The position numbers and the translations under genes were made by a program. The notes below the pieces were generated by a model, which made no database searches, was not told where the DNA came from, and saw only the letters and a list, made by a program, of their open reading frames with translations. From Azoarcus sp. (GTDB taxonomy: Bacteria > Pseudomonadota > Gammaproteobacteria > Burkholderiales > Rhodocyclaceae), in contig JAVBJT010000038.1 in assembly GCA_031546845.1 (NCBI GenBank), positions 2,387 through 66,386 on the forward strand: a DNA stretch of 64,000 bases. Direction: 5' to 3'. Shown one piece after another: positions 1 to 14,619 of this stretch. The stretch's first letter is position 1. Each line of letters begins with the position of its first letter.

Positions 1-2005
<2,005 letters not shown>

Positions 2006-2021
2006 GGAAATGATGGAAAAC

Positions 2022-2207
2022 TCAGTGAAAAACGTAGAGAAAGATCATGCCAAGCAGCATGGAGGAAAGGCCGATGAATCGTATCTGCCCATCGGCCATC
2101 TGGGCAAGGCGAAGAAAAGTCTCCCGCCAGGCGGCAGGAGCGACGAAGGGAAGAATGCCTTCGATGATCAGCATCAGCGCAAAAGCAGTCAGCAGTGAGT
2201 TGACCAT
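2022..2207 (-). CDS. DUF2065 small membrane protein (YjeT-like)
   Basis: 61-aa two-TM ORF similar in length/pattern to E. coli YjeT (LEGxxPxxxPxxW motif) located between hflC and hisZ as in many proteobacteria. Confidence 0.7.
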   Translation of the reverse strand: MVNSLLTAFALMLIIEGILPFVAPAAWRETFLRLAQMADGQIRFIGLSSMLLGMIFLYVFH

Positions 2208-2225
2208 CGAAAGGCCATCGAAGAA

Positions 2226-3107
2226 TTAATTTTTCCGCGCCCCTCCGGCGCTCTTCATGAATTTGAAGAAATCCGAACTCGGGTCCAGCACAAGCACGTC
2301 ATCCTTACCGTCGAAACTGCCACGGTAGGCTTCGAGGCTGCGATAAAACGAGTAGAACTCTGGACTTTGGCCGAATGCGTCGGCATAGATCGCGGTCGCC
2401 TTGGCATCGCCCTCGCCCTTGATCTGTTGTGCTTCGCGATAGGCTTCGGCAACGATCACCTCGCGCTGGCGGTCGGCGTCGGCACGAATCTTCTCGGCCT
2501 CGGCAGCGCCCTGCGAACGCAATTCATTGGCGACCCGCTTACGCTCCGCTTCCATCCGGCGATACACCGAATCGGACACCTCGGTCGGCAGATCGACCCG
2601 TTTGATGCGCACGTCGAGAATCTGCACGCCGATCTTGCGCGCATCCTGGTCGGCCTTGGCGCGCATGTCTTCCATGATCTGATCGCGCGCGCCGGACACC
2701 ACATCGTTCACCGTGCGCTTGCCGAACTCCTCGCGCAGACCGGCATTCACCGTTTGCGACAAACGGGTGCGCGCGCGCGCCTCGTCGCCGGCCACCGATT
2801 CGTAATACAACCGAGGCTCAATGATGCGCCACTTGAAGAAGAGATCGACCAGTACGTTCTTCTTCTCGGAGGTGATGAAACGCTCCGGCTCCGCCGTATC
2901 CATGGTCAGAATGCGCTTGTCGAAATAGCGCACGTTCTGGAGCAGGGGTATTTTGACGTTGAGACCGGGCTCATCGATGATTTGCTTGACTTCGCCAAGC
3001 TGAAAGACAATCGCATATTCGCGCTGATCGACGGTGAACAGCGACGTCGAAACGAGTACAACGACAAACAGCAAAATACTGCCGATCAAGGGCATTTTGT
3101 TGCTCAT
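2226..3107 (-). CDS. hflC: HflC, SPFH/band-7 regulator of FtsH
   Basis: 293-aa ORF with N-terminal TM helix and SPFH domain, directly downstream of hflK. Confidence 0.9.
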   Translation of the reverse strand: MSNKMPLIGSILLFVVVLVSTSLFTVDQREYAIVFQLGEVKQIIDEPGLNVKIPLLQNVRYFDKRILTMDTAEPERFITSEKKNVLVDLFFKWRIIEPRLYYESVAGDEARARTRLSQTVNAGLREEFGKRTVNDVVSGARDQIMEDMRAKADQDARKIGVQILDVRIKRVDLPTEVSDSVYRRMEAERKRVANELRSQGAAEAEKIRADADRQREVIVAEAYREAQQIKGEGDAKATAIYADAFGQSPEFYSFYRSLEAYRGSFDGKDDVLVLDPSSDFFKFMKSAGGARKN

Positions 3108-4375
3108 TATCGTTCTCCCCGCTCACGGTTGCGCATCAGATCGCGATTCCGCGGATCGGTACTCGTACCGCTGCTCGGCGGTGTGGACGCGCCATGTGCC
3201 TCCGGCGTCGGCAGGGCGATGGCGGAACCGCCTCCCGAAGCAGACGACTGAAGCAACTTGTCCAACGGCAAAAGCATCAAGTTACCGTTGCCCTTGGCGT
3301 CGATCATGACCTTCGAGGTATTAGACAGAACCTGCTGCATGGTGTCGATATACAGGCGCTCACGCGTCACTTCCGGGGCGCGCCGGTATTCGGTCAGCAC
3401 CTGATTGAAGCGGCTGGCTTCACCTTCGGCGTTGGCAACGATTTTCGCGCGATAGCCGCTGGCTTCTTCGAGAAGACGCGACGCGGTACCGCGCGCACGC
3501 GGGACAACCTCGTTGGCATACGCCTCGCCCTCGCTCTTTTGCCGTTCGCGATCCTGCCCGGCCTTCACCGCGTCGTCGAACGCGGCTTGCACCTGCTCCG
3601 GCGGCTGAGCGTTCTGCATCGTCACACGGCTGATCTGGATACCGGTTTCGTAACGGTCAAGAATCCGCTGCATCGACGCCAGCGCGTCCACGGCGATTTG
3701 CTCGCGCCCCTCGTACAACACGAAATCCATGCGGCTCTTGCCGACCAACTCGCGCATCGCGGTTTCCGCAACCTGCCCGACCGATTCGTCCGGATTACGG
3801 TTGTTGAATACGTATTTTTCCGGGCTGTTGAGCACATACTGCACGGCAAACTGGATGTTGATGATGTTCTCGTCATCGGTCAGCATTAACGATTCGCGCA
3901 ATAGCTTGTTCCGCTCCGAGCCGCGATAACCGACCTCCACCGTGCGTACGCCGGTGAAATCGACGATCTCATGGCTTTCCAGCGGGTAGGGCAAACGCCA
4001 ATGCAAGCCAGGCTCGGTCGTCTCGGCGAATTTGCCCAGGCGCAGCACGACGCCGCGCTGATTGGCATCGACGGTGTAAAAGCCGCTCGCGGCCCAGATC
4101 AGCAGGACCAGCACGATCAAAATACCGATGCCGCCACCGAACTGCTTGGACGAAAAACCCGGCAGATCCGGTCCACCGCCTTGCCGGCCGCCCCCGGAGC
4201 CGCCTTCGCGCCTCTGGCGTTTGCCGCCGAACAGTTCGGAAAGACGACGGTTGAGGTCTTGCCAGACTTCTTCCAGGTCGGGAGGACCTTGCTTGCCACC
4301 ACGGCCATTTTCGCCGCGGTCGCCCCGATCCCCCTTGTCGCCCTGACCACCCCAGCGCGGGTCGTTTAAAGACAT
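3107..4375 (-). CDS. hflK: HflK, SPFH/band-7 regulator of FtsH
   Basis: 422-aa ORF, Gly-rich N-terminus, TM helix, SPFH domain; hflX-hflK-hflC order. Confidence 0.9.
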   Translation of the reverse strand: MSLNDPRWGGQGDKGDRGDRGENGRGGKQGPPDLEEVWQDLNRRLSELFGGKRQRREGGSGGGRQGGGPDLPGFSSKQFGGGIGILIVLVLLIWAASGFYTVDANQRGVVLRLGKFAETTEPGLHWRLPYPLESHEIVDFTGVRTVEVGYRGSERNKLLRESLMLTDDENIINIQFAVQYVLNSPEKYVFNNRNPDESVGQVAETAMRELVGKSRMDFVLYEGREQIAVDALASMQRILDRYETGIQISRVTMQNAQPPEQVQAAFDDAVKAGQDRERQKSEGEAYANEVVPRARGTASRLLEEASGYRAKIVANAEGEASRFNQVLTEYRRAPEVTRERLYIDTMQQVLSNTSKVMIDAKGNGNLMLLPLDKLLQSSASGGGSAIALPTPEAHGASTPPSSGTSTDPRNRDLMRNRERGER

Positions 4376-4386
4376 GAGAACGCCTG

Positions 4387-5544
4387 TTATCCCTGTTGTA
4401 CTGGAAGTTTGTCCACAACATCCGGCATGCTGCCGGCATGGACGATCCGATGCGCTGTTTCGGCCAGCGCGCCTCGCAGAAGACCGAGCCCTTCGCCCGT
4501 TCTCGCGCTCAAAAAAACGCGTTTGATTCTATCACAGTCGCCCCTCTCGACCGCCGCCGCGGCCTGAGTCAAGTCGATCTTGTTCCAAATCATGATCTGC
4601 TCCACGTCCGCCGCGCCGATTTCGGCTAAAACCTGATTCACCGCTGCAATCTGCGCATTTCGATCCTCGCTGGCGGAATCGACCACATGCAACAGCACGT
4701 CGGCCTGCGCGGTTTCTTCCAGCGTGGCGCGAAACGCCGCCACCAAGGCATGCGGCAGATCGCGGATGAATCCGACTGTGTCGGACAGTACAACGTTCCC
4801 ACCCTCCACATAGAAGCGGCGCGAAGTCGTATCGAGCGTGGCGAAAAGCTGGTCGGCGGCATAGCTACCGGCCTTGGTCAGCGCATTGAACAGCGTCGAT
4901 TTACCCGCATTGGTATAGCCGACGAGGGAAACGGACAGCGCATCGCGCCGTTCACGTGCACGCCGCCGCACCCGCCGCTGCTTTTCCAGTTGGGTAAGAC
5001 GCGTCTTCAGCAGCTTGACGCGATTACCCAACAACCGGCGGTCGGTTTCAAGCTGGGTTTCGCCCGGCCCGCGCAGACCGATCCCGCCTTTTTGCCGCTC
5101 AAGGTGAGTCCAGCCGCGCACAAGGCGGGTCGACAAATGCTGAAGCTGCGCCAGTTCAACCTGCAACTTGCCTTCATGGCTGCGCGCGCGTAACGCGAAG
5201 ATGTCGAGAATCAACGCGGTGCGATCGATGACACGGCACGCCAACTCACGTTCGAGGTTGCGCTGCTGCCCTGGAGACAAGGTGTGATTGAAAATCACCA
5301 AGTCCGCATCGTGGACGCGCAGGGCCTCGCCGATCTCGGCAACCTTACCTCGGCCAGCAAACAGAGCCGGATCCGGCGCTGCGCGCCGGCCCTGTACAAC
5401 CGTCTGGACAACCGCGCCGGCACTGCTCGCAAGCAGTTCGAGTTCGGACAAGCATTCCGCAATGGCACCCTGGCCGAAATCCAACTGGACGAGTACCGCC
5501 CGCTCGCCGGTTTCGGGCCGCTCAAACATAGCGAACGGCCACAC
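4387..5544 (-). CDS. hflX: GTPase HflX
   Basis: 385-aa ORF with G-motifs (GYTNAGKST, DTVGF, NKID) and HflX N-terminal domain; downstream of hfq. Confidence 0.9.
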   Translation of the reverse strand: MWPFAMFERPETGERAVLVQLDFGQGAIAECLSELELLASSAGAVVQTVVQGRRAAPDPALFAGRGKVAEIGEALRVHDADLVIFNHTLSPGQQRNLERELACRVIDRTALILDIFALRARSHEGKLQVELAQLQHLSTRLVRGWTHLERQKGGIGLRGPGETQLETDRRLLGNRVKLLKTRLTQLEKQRRVRRRARERRDALSVSLVGYTNAGKSTLFNALTKAGSYAADQLFATLDTTSRRFYVEGGNVVLSDTVGFIRDLPHALVAAFRATLEETAQADVLLHVVDSASEDRNAQIAAVNQVLAEIGAADVEQIMIWNKIDLTQAAAAVERGDCDRIKRVFLSARTGEGLGLLRGALAETAHRIVHAGSMPDVVDKLPVQQG

Positions 5545-5574
5545 CCGGAACTAACCGCCGACGCACAACGGCAT

Positions 5575-5820
5575 TCAGTTTCCGCCCTCGCCATTTTCCT
5601 GCTGCTGGATCGCGATCGGCCGCGACGGCACTACGGTGGAAATGGCGTGCTTGTAGACCATTTGCGTCACGGTATTTTTCAGCAACACAACGTACTGATC
5701 GAAGGACTCGATCTGCCCCTGGAGTTTGATGCCATTCACAAGATAAATGGATACCGGAACATGCTCCCGGCGCAAGGTGTTCAGAAATGGGTCTTGTAAA
5801 AGTTGCCCTTTGTTGCTCAT
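5575..5820 (-). CDS. hfq: RNA chaperone Hfq
   Basis: 81-aa [50 protein letters not shown]... near-identical to canonical Hfq Sm fold. Confidence 0.95.
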   Translation of the reverse strand: MSNKGQLLQDPFLNTLRREHVPVSIYLVNGIKLQGQIESFDQYVVLLKNTVTQMVYKHAISTVVPSRPIAIQQQENGEGGN

Positions 5821-5930
5821 GGTCGAACCTCGTTACTTACGTTGATGTGGATTAGGGATGTATCAAACTCTCTTCTGCATCGCACAACACAGTATCCGAC
5901 ACATACTGCGGCGCCTCGTTCCCATCATGC

Positions 5931-7259
5931 TCAAAGCTTGCTCGCATAAGGGTTGTGCGCGGTGCGAAACTGGATTCTCAGGGGCGTCCCCTGCAATTTG
6001 AACGCCTCCATGAAAGTACGTTCGAGAAAACGGACATACGCGGCGGGAATATCGTCCAGCGCGTTGCCATGTATCACGATGATCGGGGGATTTGTTCCCC
6101 CCTGGTGCGCATAGCGCAACTTGGGCCGGGCGGTGCCGTGGCGTGGCGGCGCTTGCTTGGCGACCGCGGCCTGCATCGTTCGCGTCAGCCGTGGCGTGGA
6201 CAGATTGGCCATCGCCGCAGCGTAGGCGGCATCGACCGATTTGAGCAGTGCTGCGATGCCCTCGGCTTTCAATGCGGAAATCTGATGCAGACGCGCGAAG
6301 GACAGAAAAGCCAACTTGCGCGTAATGTCTTCCTTCAAGCGCTGGCGGCGATAATCGTCCACCGCGTCCCACTTGTTGATCGCTAGCACCAAGGCACGTC
6401 CGGCATCGAGGATGAAGCCGGCGATATGGGCATCCTGCTCGGAAATATCCTGTGCGGCATCGAGCACCAACACGACCACGTTGGCCCCTTCGATGGCTTG
6501 CAGGGTCTTGATCACGGAAAATTTCTCGACCGCCTCGAAAACCTTGCCGCGCCGTCTCAATCCGGCGGTGTCGATCAGCGTGTAATGCTTTCCGCCACGC
6601 TCGAACGGAATCGAAATCGCATCGCGTGTCGTGCCCGGCAAATCGAACGCGATAACACGCTCCTCGCCAAGCAGGGTATTGACCAAGGTGGATTTACCTA
6701 CATTGGGCCGCCCGACGATCGCCACCTTGGGACCGGCATCGGCATCATCGGCCTCGTCCTCGTCGCGCGGGAATGGCGCCAGCACAAGCTCAACGAGTTG
6801 CTTCACGCCATCGCCGTGCGCGGCCGACACTGCCAGCGGATCACCCAGGCCAAGTGCATGAAAATCCGCCTCAACCATCGCGCGTTCGATGCCCTCGGAT
6901 TTATTCACGACCAGATAAACCGGCCGCCCCGCACGGCGCAGGCGCTCGGCAATCTGCTCATCGTGGGGCGTTCTTCCGGCGCGGCCATCGACCAGGAACA
7001 GCAACACATCGGCCTCGGCGATCGCCTGCTCGGCCTGCCGCGCCATCTCGTGCATGATTCCGTCCTTGGCAACGGGATCGAAGCCAGCGGTATCGACGAC
7101 AAGGTAGGGGCGGTCGCCAACACGGCCCAGGCCGTAATGCCGATCGCGGGTCAGTCCCGGCTGATCGGCGACAAGCGCATCGCGTGTCCTGGTGAGACGA
7201 TTGAACAAGGTCGACTTGCCGACATTGGGCCGCCCGACAAGAACGAGGGTAGGATTCAC
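5931..7259 (-). CDS. der: Ribosome-associated GTPase Der (EngA), tandem G domains + KH-like C-terminus
   Basis: 442-aa ORF with two GxPNVGKST P-loops (residues ~9 and ~185). Confidence 0.9.
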   Translation of the reverse strand: MNPTLVLVGRPNVGKSTLFNRLTRTRDALVADQPGLTRDRHYGLGRVGDRPYLVVDTAGFDPVAKDGIMHEMARQAEQAIAEADVLLFLVDGRAGRTPHDEQIAERLRRAGRPVYLVVNKSEGIERAMVEADFHALGLGDPLAVSAAHGDGVKQLVELVLAPFPRDEDEADDADAGPKVAIVGRPNVGKSTLVNTLLGEERVIAFDLPGTTRDAISIPFERGGKHYTLIDTAGLRRRGKVFEAVEKFSVIKTLQAIEGANVVVLVLDAAQDISEQDAHIAGFILDAGRALVLAINKWDAVDDYRRQRLKEDITRKLAFLSFARLHQISALKAEGIAALLKSVDAAYAAAMANLSTPRLTRTMQAAVAKQAPPRHGTARPKLRYAHQGGTNPPIIVIHGNALDDIPAAYVRFLERTFMEAFKLQGTPLRIQFRTAHNPYASKL

Positions 7260-7276
7260 TTGCGCGTGCCTGTGTT

Positions 7277-8419
7277 TTAACGCGTTTCGAGTACGGCGAT
7301 TTCGCCGTCGCGGCTCTGTACCACAAAGCCATACCTGAAAGGCCGGGGGTCGGCTGTCACCGCGCTGCTGTCGATACGCAGCCGCGCGGCGAAAGCGCCA
7401 TCCTCGCGGCGCAGCAAATGCACATAGCCTTCGCTGTCACCCACGGCAACGTATTCACCCACGATCAGCGGCCGCGACACGACACGGCGCGCCAACGCAT
7501 CCTGCTTCCACACACTCGCGCCGCTATACACATCGAGCGCGCTCACCGCATCGCGCTCATCGGTAATGACGGCGTAGCGATTATCCCGATCCATGCCGGC
7601 GCTGCTGGAGAAGTCGCGCGACCATAAGGCACTGCCATTATTCACGTCGAAACAAGCAACCCGCCCCTGGTAGGTCACCGCGCACACCTCGCGGCGGCCA
7701 ATCACCGGTGTGCCGGCCACATCGGTAACACGTTCCAACTCGGTGGAGCCGCGCGGTAGCGATACCGACAATTCCCACAGCATGCCACCGTTCGATAGAT
7801 TGACGGCAACCAGCTTACCGCCTGGGAAACCCGCCAACGCGACGCCGCCTTCAAGCAGAACACCCGCGTAGCCATGCAAGCCCAGCGCGGGATTGTCGCG
7901 CCGGAAAACCCAACGGCGCGCGCCGCTCTTGGCATCGAACGCAACCAGGCGGTGATCCGCCCCGCGTACCACGACCAAATCGGCATTGACCGCCGGTGGC
8001 GCCAACACGCCGGTACCGACCGGCGCGCGCCAACGCTCGGTGCCATTGGTCGCGTCGTAAGCGATCACTTCACCGCCGGCTGTCGCCACCACGGCAAGCA
8101 CGCCGTCGCTACCGACACCGGCGGACAACTCCGTTTTGGCCGAAACGCGCCACACCGCGCGCCCATCCTCGAAACGGGCGACAGCGCCATCGTTCGCCGC
8201 GGCATATACGCTGTCACCAACCACCGCGGGGAAGAACACATAGGGGCCGGATTTACCGATATCGGCGGTCCATGCCGGCACCAACCCGGTCGACGGCTGG
8301 AAGTCGACCAGAGGGGTCGGCTTTGGCCCGTCGCTGGAAAACGGATTGAGCGACGAACACGCCGACGACAGCAAAGCGGCACCCAACAACGGCAATAAAC
8401 GGAAACGGGCGCGTCTCAT
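7277..8419 (-). CDS. bamB: Outer membrane protein assembly factor BamB (PQQ-repeat beta-propeller lipoprotein)
   Basis: 380-aa ORF, lipoprotein signal (LLSSACSS), repeated PQQ-like blades; conserved der-bamB-yfgM-hisS order. Confidence 0.8.
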   Translation of the reverse strand: MRRARFRLLPLLGAALLSSACSSLNPFSSDGPKPTPLVDFQPSTGLVPAWTADIGKSGPYVFFPAVVGDSVYAAANDGAVARFEDGRAVWRVSAKTELSAGVGSDGVLAVVATAGGEVIAYDATNGTERWRAPVGTGVLAPPAVNADLVVVRGADHRLVAFDAKSGARRWVFRRDNPALGLHGYAGVLLEGGVALAGFPGGKLVAVNLSNGGMLWELSVSLPRGSTELERVTDVAGTPVIGRREVCAVTYQGRVACFDVNNGSALWSRDFSSSAGMDRDNRYAVITDERDAVSALDVYSGASVWKQDALARRVVSRPLIVGEYVAVGDSEGYVHLLRREDGAFAARLRIDSSAVTADPRPFRYGFVVQSRDGEIAVLETR

Positions 8420-8422
8420 CGA

Positions 8423-9073
8423 TCAACCTTCCAAGGACTCGAGTTTCATACGAACGATTTCACGCAATGTCGCAGCCTGCTGATCCGTGTCGCCGGGCAT
8501 GTCGATCACCGCCTGATAGGCGGCGCGCGCCTCGGCGGTTTTACCCTGGGCGGCGAGCAGATCGCCGCGCAGATCGTCGAAGCGAGCCTTGTACGCAGGC
8601 AACGGCGCGGCTTGCAGCCCCGCCAGCGCTTGATCTGTCTGGCCTTGCTGCTGCTGCACCACAGCCAGACGCAGGCGGGCAAGATCACGCAGCGCGGGGT
8701 CCGCGCCTTTACCCACCGCCCATTCGAGCTGCGCCTTGGCGTTATCCAACTCGCCTTTGCGAAACTGGACGCCCGCCGACAATAAAGCGCCCATCTGGGC
8801 ATAAACGGAACCGCCGTACTGCTCGATCAAGCGGCCGGCGCTCTCGCGCGCCTTCTGTGCATCCTCCGCGTCGGCCGCCTGCTGCACGACAAAGTAAATC
8901 GCGCTGGCCTCAACGCCTTGCTTGTTCTGATACCAGCGCCATCCCTGCCAGGCAAACGAACTCAGCGCGGCCACCACCGCCACTGCCGTCACCAGCGTGC
9001 CGTATTGGTCCCACCATGCCTTGAGCGCGGATATCTGTTCCTGCTCTTCCAGGTCATACGCTGCCATCGTCAT
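8423..9073 (-). CDS. YfgM-like TPR membrane protein (ancillary SecYEG-associated protein family)
   Basis: Real start inferred at [21 protein letters not shown] (internal Met of 269-aa listed ORF) followed by TM helix and TPR-like region; start overlaps hisS stop. Confidence 0.65.
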   Translation of the reverse strand: MTMAAYDLEEQEQISALKAWWDQYGTLVTAVAVVAALSSFAWQGWRWYQNKQGVEASAIYFVVQQAADAEDAQKARESAGRLIEQYGGSVYAQMGALLSAGVQFRKGELDNAKAQLEWAVGKGADPALRDLARLRLAVVQQQQGQTDQALAGLQAAPLPAYKARFDDLRGDLLAAQGKTAEARAAYQAVIDMPGDTDQQAATLREIVRMKLESLEG

Positions 9074-10358
9074 CCTCTTCGTAGGTATACAGAAGCCCGG
9101 CCACCGCCTCCGGCAAATCATCGACCGCGATCCGCTGCTGGCCGCCCGGTCCGCGCAAAGGCTTAAGCCCCACCTCGCCGCTCGCCGCCTCATCGTCGCC
9201 GATGATGACCGCCACCGCCGCGCCGCTCGCATCCGCTTTTTTCATTTGCGCTTTGAAACTACCGCCGCCGCAATGCAAGACCACGGCGAAACCGTGCCCG
9301 CGCAGCGCTTCGCCCGCGCGGAAAGCAAGCCGTTGCGCGGCATCGCCCAGATGAACGACATAAGCATCGGGCTGCACATTTTCCGCCTCGCCGCCGGATT
9401 CGCGCCACAACGCAAGCAAGCGCTCGATGCCGATAGCAAAACCCGCGGCCGGTTGCGGTTTGCCGCCAAGCTGGGCGACAAGGCCATCATAACGCCCGCC
9501 GGCACAGATCGTACCCTGCGCACCGAGGCGGTTCGTAACCCATTCGAATACGGTATGGTTGTAGTAATCCAGACCGCGCACCAAGCGGTGATTGATCTGG
9601 AACGGGATACCAGCGTCCGCGAGCCAGGTCCGCACCGCCGCAAAATGCGCGCGGCTGTCGTCGCCCAAGTAATCCATCAACCGCGGCGCGGCTTCGACCA
9701 CGGCGCGCAGGGCGGGATTTTTACTATCGAGAATACGTAACGGGTTGGTGTACAGGCGGCGCTTGCCGTCCTCGTCGAGCTGCTCCGCATGCGACTCGAA
9801 ATAGGCGATCAACGCCTCCCGATGCCGCGCCCGCTCTTCGGCGACACCGAGCGAATTGATTTCGAGGCGCACGTCGTCGATGCCAAGATCGTCCCACAGG
9901 CGCGCGCACATCATCATGTGCTCGGCATCCACATCCGGCCCGGCAAAGCCAAGCGCCTCGACGCCGATTTGGTGAAACTGCCGGTAGCGCCCTTTCTGCG
10001 GACGCTCATGACGGAACATCGGACCGTGGTAATAAAGCCGCTGCGGCCCGCCGGCGGCAACAAGGTTATGCTCGATGGCGGCACGCACGCACGAGGCCGT
10101 GCCTTCGGGCCGCAAGGTCAAGGCCTCGCCGTTGAGCGCATCCTCGAAGGAGTACATTTCTTTTTCGACGATGTCGGTCACTTCGCCAATGGCGCGTGCA
10201 AATAGCGGCGTCGGCTCAACGATCGGCATGCGGATCGGGCGATAGCCGTAACTGCGCAGCCAATCGCGCGCGATATCCTCGAAGTGTTCCCAAATTTCGG
10301 CCTCGTCGGGCAGGATGTCGTTCATCCCGCGCACGGCCTGCAAGGTCTGACTACTCAT
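9054..10358 (-). CDS. hisS: Histidine--tRNA ligase
   Basis: 434-aa class-II aaRS, N-terminal [17 protein letters not shown]... typical HisRS motif 1 region and C-terminal anticodon-binding domain. Confidence 0.9.
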   Translation of the reverse strand: MSSQTLQAVRGMNDILPDEAEIWEHFEDIARDWLRSYGYRPIRMPIVEPTPLFARAIGEVTDIVEKEMYSFEDALNGEALTLRPEGTASCVRAAIEHNLVAAGGPQRLYYHGPMFRHERPQKGRYRQFHQIGVEALGFAGPDVDAEHMMMCARLWDDLGIDDVRLEINSLGVAEERARHREALIAYFESHAEQLDEDGKRRLYTNPLRILDSKNPALRAVVEAAPRLMDYLGDDSRAHFAAVRTWLADAGIPFQINHRLVRGLDYYNHTVFEWVTNRLGAQGTICAGGRYDGLVAQLGGKPQPAAGFAIGIERLLALWRESGGEAENVQPDAYVVHLGDAAQRLAFRAGEALRGHGFAVVLHCGGGSFKAQMKKADASGAAVAVIIGDDEAASGEVGLKPLRGPGGQQRIAVDDLPEAVAGLLYTYEEDDDGSV

Positions 10359-11647
10359 TGGCGGGCGTTTTTTCGCTGCTGTTCGTTGTTGTCAATGGCT
10401 TCCGCCTGTTTTTTCATATATCGGGTGGCCACGTAATCGTCAACGATGGCCTTGAATTCAGCGGCGATATTATCGCCACGCAGCGTTACCGTTTTGACGC
10501 CGTCGACAAATACCGGCGCAACCGGTGTCTCTCCCGTGCCAGGCAGTGAAATGCCGATATTTGCATGCTTGCTCTCGCCCGGGCCGTTCACCACACAGCC
10601 CATCACCGCCAGCGTCATGTTTTCGACGCCATCATACCGCTCGCGCCACACCGGCATTTGCGCGCGCACATAAGTCTGAATGCCGGACGCCAGTTCCTGG
10701 AAAAACGTGCTGGAAGTCCGCCCGCAACCCGGGCAGGCTGTAACCATCGGCGTAAACGCGCGCAGCCCCATGGTTTGCAGAATTTCCTGCGCCACCACAA
10801 CTTCCTGGGCGCGGTCGCCATCCGGTTCGGGGGTGAGCGAAATGCGGATCGTATCGCCGATACCTTCCTGCAACAGCACCGCCAGCGCGGCGGTAGACGC
10901 CACAATACCCTTGCTGCCCATGCCGGCCTCGGTCAAGCCGAGGTGCAAGGGGTAATCGCAACGCTGCGCCAGATCGCGATAGACCGCCACCAGATCCTGC
11001 ACGCCCGACACTTTCGCCGACAGGATGATGCTGTCACCCGCCAAACCGTACTCCTCGGCCTTGGCGGCGGATTCCAGCGCGGATACCACCAGCGCCTCAC
11101 GCATGACCGCACCGGCGTCGCGCGGCTCCGCGCGGCGGGCGTTCTCATCCATGATACGCGCGAGAACGGACTGATCCAGACTGCCCCAATTCACCCCGAT
11201 ACGTACCGGCTTATCGTATTTGCACGCAATCTCGACAACAGAGGCAAACTGCGGATCACGCTTGCTGCCGGCACCGATATTGCCCGGATTGATGCGCAGC
11301 TTGGCCAAAGCCTCGGCACAGGCGGGATGATCTGCAAGCAGCCTGTGGCCGTTGTAGTGAAAATCGCCGACCAAGGGCACATCCATGTTCAGCGCCAACA
11401 GGCGATCGCGGATATGAGGCACGGCCTTTGCCGCAGCCTCGTTATTGACCGTGATGCGCACCAATTCCGAACCAGCCCGGGCCAATTCAGCCACCTGCAT
11501 CGCCGTGCCAAGCACATCAGCGGTATCGGTATTGGTCATCGACTGCACGACCACCGGCGCATCGGAGCCGACCATAACGCGACCGACGCGCACCTGGCGG
11601 GTCAAGCGCCGCGGCAGCGGGCCCATCGGTAGTACTTCTCGCGTCAT
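10355..11647 (-). CDS. ispG: 4-hydroxy-3-methylbut-2-enyl diphosphate synthase (flavodoxin) IspG/GcpE
   Basis: 430-aa ORF with VVQSMTNT motif and C-terminal CxxC...C 4Fe-4S cluster ligands (ACPGCGR). Confidence 0.9.
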   Translation of the reverse strand: MTREVLPMGPLPRRLTRQVRVGRVMVGSDAPVVVQSMTNTDTADVLGTAMQVAELARAGSELVRITVNNEAAAKAVPHIRDRLLALNMDVPLVGDFHYNGHRLLADHPACAEALAKLRINPGNIGAGSKRDPQFASVVEIACKYDKPVRIGVNWGSLDQSVLARIMDENARRAEPRDAGAVMREALVVSALESAAKAEEYGLAGDSIILSAKVSGVQDLVAVYRDLAQRCDYPLHLGLTEAGMGSKGIVASTAALAVLLQEGIGDTIRISLTPEPDGDRAQEVVVAQEILQTMGLRAFTPMVTACPGCGRTSSTFFQELASGIQTYVRAQMPVWRERYDGVENMTLAVMGCVVNGPGESKHANIGISLPGTGETPVAPVFVDGVKTVTLRGDNIAAEFKAIVDDYVATRYMKKQAEAIDNNEQQRKNARQ

Positions 11648-11651
11648 GTTG

Positions 11652-12536
11652 TCACTGCACCGTCAAACGGGCAACGGATACCCGCGTATGAGGAACGAGA
11701 TCGATCGGCTTGCCCTTGTATTCGAGCTGAACATCCTTGGCATTGCCGATAACCAGAGAAAAAGGCCCCGTGCCCTGCACGCTGCGGCGAACACCCGCGC
11801 TTCCGGTGCCTGTATAGACGATTTCGCCCGCGGCATCGCGCACTTCGACCCATGAGTCCCCCGTAAAGATAAATACGAGTCCAGCGCTTTCGATCTGGGC
11901 TTTTTCGGCTGGAGCACCTTCGCTCGTACCAACGGGCGCGGAAACCGGCGCTGCCGAAACAGCCGCCGTGGGCGCTGGAGAAGCAGACGGCGACACAGCG
12001 GAATCCGAGGCCACAAGCGGTAATGTCTCGGAGGGCATTTCCTCGGGGGACTCTTCCTGCGCCAAGCCTGGCTGTGCCGCACCCCCACCAATCACGTTGA
12101 GCGACCGGGCCTGAAACCAATCGAAATACCAACCCGCAAACACAGCAAACAACAAAACCACCACTGCCATGCCCAACGGCTTGGCACTATAGCGCCGATC
12201 ATCGGTCGGCATATCGCCGTGCGCATTGGAAACCGGGGTCAGCTCGGTCGTCGCCGGCGCGGCCTCCACAGGCACATCCGCCAGCAAGGATGCCGCATCC
12301 AACCCAAGGTGCCGCGCGTAGTTGCGCAGAAAACCGCGCACAAAAGCAGGCCCGGGCAGCACATCGTAATCGCCGCTCTCCAAGGCTTCGACTTGGCGGC
12401 GTGAGAGCTTGAGCGCCGCAGCCACGTCGGAAAGTGACTCCCTACGCGCCTCGCGGGCGCGCCGAAGCCGCTCACCCGCGCTCAGCGCGGGCGCACCAGC
12501 CTCCACCGGATCCTGCTCGGGCAACATGGAGCTCAC
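11652..12536 (-). CDS. rodZ: Cytoskeleton protein RodZ (XRE HTH + TM + Pro/Ala-rich periplasmic region)
   Basis: N-terminal HTH ([33 protein letters not shown]), single TM, low-complexity linker, C-terminal domain; ispG neighbour. Confidence 0.75.
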   Translation of the reverse strand: MSSMLPEQDPVEAGAPALSAGERLRRAREARRESLSDVAAALKLSRRQVEALESGDYDVLPGPAFVRGFLRNYARHLGLDAASLLADVPVEAAPATTELTPVSNAHGDMPTDDRRYSAKPLGMAVVVLLFAVFAGWYFDWFQARSLNVIGGGAAQPGLAQEESPEEMPSETLPLVASDSAVSPSASPAPTAAVSAAPVSAPVGTSEGAPAEKAQIESAGLVFIFTGDSWVEVRDAAGEIVYTGTGSAGVRRSVQGTGPFSLVIGNAKDVQLEYKGKPIDLVPHTRVSVARLTVQ

Positions 12537-13378
12537 TCGTATCGGCCTTGCTGCATCTGCTGATATTCGGGCGACTCGGAAAACCGGCTGCGCAGTTGCG
12601 CGGCATAGCTTGCTTCCGCGTCGCGATTGCCGAGCCGGCGCTCGGTACGCACCCCCAACCAGGCCGACGCGGCGCTCGGCCCCACCCCGCGATGCATGCG
12701 CACCAACCGCTCGTGCGCAACCACGTAGTCACCCCGCTGGTAGGCGATCAGCGCCAACTGGTACAGCGCCTGCGAATTCGTCGGATCGGCATCCACCGCG
12801 CTCGTGAACTGCGCTTCCGCGGCAGGGAAATTATTCTGCTGCAACAAACACATCCCCGCATTGGTGTAGGGACGGGTCTGATAACGGTAATGCGGATTAC
12901 GCGCGGCACGAGCCAGATATCCCAAACCCTCGTCCATCTGCCCCTGCTGACACAGGAACCAGCCATAGCTGTTGTTGAAATCAGGATCGCCCGGCGCGGC
13001 CCGCAGTGCCGTTTCCAAATTTTCGCGCGCTCTTCCCATATCGCCAAGGAACATATAGACGACGCCCGTCAGATGATAGGCCGGTGCGTAGTTGGCGCTT
13101 TCCGCCAGCGCGGCCTTGGCTTCATCTAGCGCGACTTCATAGCGGGCAACGCTGACATAGGCCATGCCCAACTGAACGTGCACCAGCGCTTTCGCGTCGG
13201 CGGGCGAAGCTGCCGCGGCATCGGCCAGCGGCCGGGTTGGCGCCGCGCCGCCACTGAATCCGCCACCTCCGCTATTTCCACCGCCTCCGCTACTTTCGCT
13301 GTTTTTCGTCGGTGTCGTGGCGCAAGCGCCCACAACAATGGCAAGCAGGGCCATCGCAATCGCAGCCGTACGCTTCAT
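12533..13378 (-). CDS. pilW: Type IV pilus biogenesis/stability TPR lipoprotein PilW (PilF)
   Basis: Start inferred at [22 protein letters not shown] (lipoprotein signal) inside the 308-aa listed ORF; TPR repeats; rlmN-pilW-rodZ-ispG synteny. Confidence 0.7.
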   Translation of the reverse strand: MKRTAAIAMALLAIVVGACATTPTKNSESSGGGGNSGGGGFSGGAAPTRPLADAAAASPADAKALVHVQLGMAYVSVARYEVALDEAKAALAESANYAPAYHLTGVVYMFLGDMGRARENLETALRAAPGDPDFNNSYGWFLCQQGQMDEGLGYLARAARNPHYRYQTRPYTNAGMCLLQQNNFPAAEAQFTSAVDADPTNSQALYQLALIAYQRGDYVVAHERLVRMHRGVGPSAASAWLGVRTERRLGNRDAEASYAAQLRSRFSESPEYQQMQQGRYE

Positions 13379-14574
13379 GAACGCACCTCCAGTGTTTTTT
13401 CCAGACGCACGACGCGCCGCCGGGTCCGGTCCTGCACTTGCCCAGCCAGTTGGCCGCAAGCGGCATCGACATCTTCCCCCCGAGTCTTACGCGTCGTGGT
13501 AATGATGCCAGCATCAGTCAGAATAGCGGAAAAGCGCCGGATACGCTCCACCGGAGAACGACGAAAAACGGAATGCGGAAATGGGTTGAACGGAATCAGA
13601 TTGAATTTGCACGGCACCTCGCGCACCAGTTTGACCAGTTCGCGCGCATGCGCCTCGCCATCGTTGACGGCGTCCAGCATAACGTACTCGAAAGTCACGA
13701 AATCACGCGGCGCGCGGTCAAGATAGCGGCGGCAGGCAGCCATCAACTCCACCAGAGGATATTTACGATTGATCGGCACCAATTGGTCACGCAAGGCATC
13801 GTTCGGCGCATGCAGCGATACCGCCAACGCCACCGGACACTCGTCGCGCAAACGGTCCATCGCCGGCACGACACCGGACGTGGAAACGGTAACGCGACGG
13901 CGCGACAAACCATAAGCATGATCGTCCAGCATCAGGCGCAAGGCGGTAACAACGTTGTCGAAATTCGCCAGCGGCTCGCCCATGCCCATCATCACCACGT
14001 TACTGATGACGCGGTCGTTATCGCACCCATCGCTCTCCCCGGCCGCCATGCCATCCGCAGCCTCCACTTCGCGCGCGGCACCCAGCAGATGATTCGCCAG
14101 CCATAGCTGGCCGATGATCTCGGCAGCCGAAAGATTACGACTGAAACCCTGCTTGCCGGTGGAGCAAAACGCGCAATCCAACGCACAACCAGCCTGCGAC
14201 GACACACATAAAGTACCGCGGCGCGCTTCGGGGATGAACACGGTTTCGACCGCGTTGCCCTGACCGACATCGAGCAGCCACTTGCGCGTGCCGTCAGCCG
14301 ATATCGAATCTCGCACCGGCACCGGCGGGCAAATGCACGCCTCGGCAGCAAGCTTTGCGCGCAGCAATTTGGCGACATCGGTCATGCGAGCGAAGTCGTC
14401 GCAGCCCTCTCGATGCATCCAGCGCATCACCTGGCGGGCGCGGAACGGCTTTTCGCCTAATCCGGCAAACCAAGCGATCAAACCGTCGACATCGAAATCG
14501 AGCAGATTGACCGGAGCCCTCATCGTCGCCATTGCTTCTACCATTCCCGGCTCAAAATTCTGGCTGGCATACAT
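13375..14574 (-). CDS. rlmN: 23S rRNA/tRNA adenine-C2 methyltransferase RlmN (radical SAM)
   Basis: 399-aa ORF with CxxxCxxC radical-SAM motif ([11 protein letters not shown]) and RlmN-type N-terminus. Confidence 0.9.
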   Translation of the reverse strand: MYASQNFEPGMVEAMATMRAPVNLLDFDVDGLIAWFAGLGEKPFRARQVMRWMHREGCDDFARMTDVAKLLRAKLAAEACICPPVPVRDSISADGTRKWLLDVGQGNAVETVFIPEARRGTLCVSSQAGCALDCAFCSTGKQGFSRNLSAAEIIGQLWLANHLLGAAREVEAADGMAAGESDGCDNDRVISNVVMMGMGEPLANFDNVVTALRLMLDDHAYGLSRRRVTVSTSGVVPAMDRLRDECPVALAVSLHAPNDALRDQLVPINRKYPLVELMAACRRYLDRAPRDFVTFEYVMLDAVNDGEAHARELVKLVREVPCKFNLIPFNPFPHSVFRRSPVERIRRFSAILTDAGIITTTRKTRGEDVDAACGQLAGQVQDRTRRRVVRLEKTLEVRS

Positions 14575-14619
14575 CGGGCATGCCAGCCACGGAAAAATCC
14601 GCCGGAGCGATGAAATCGA

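Noticed and set aside
10565-11632. 355-aa plus-strand ORF antisense to ispG, and similar long antisense ORFs elsewhere (e.g. 16366-17310+, 34338-35999+, 30760-32154+, 55817-56773-, 57552-58550-, 36911-38152+)
   Set aside because: Typical stop-codon-poor frames opposite genuine, well-conserved genes in 65%-GC DNA. Their compositions are Arg/Ala/Gly/His-rich and low-complexity, with no motifs, no RBS and no conservation logic.
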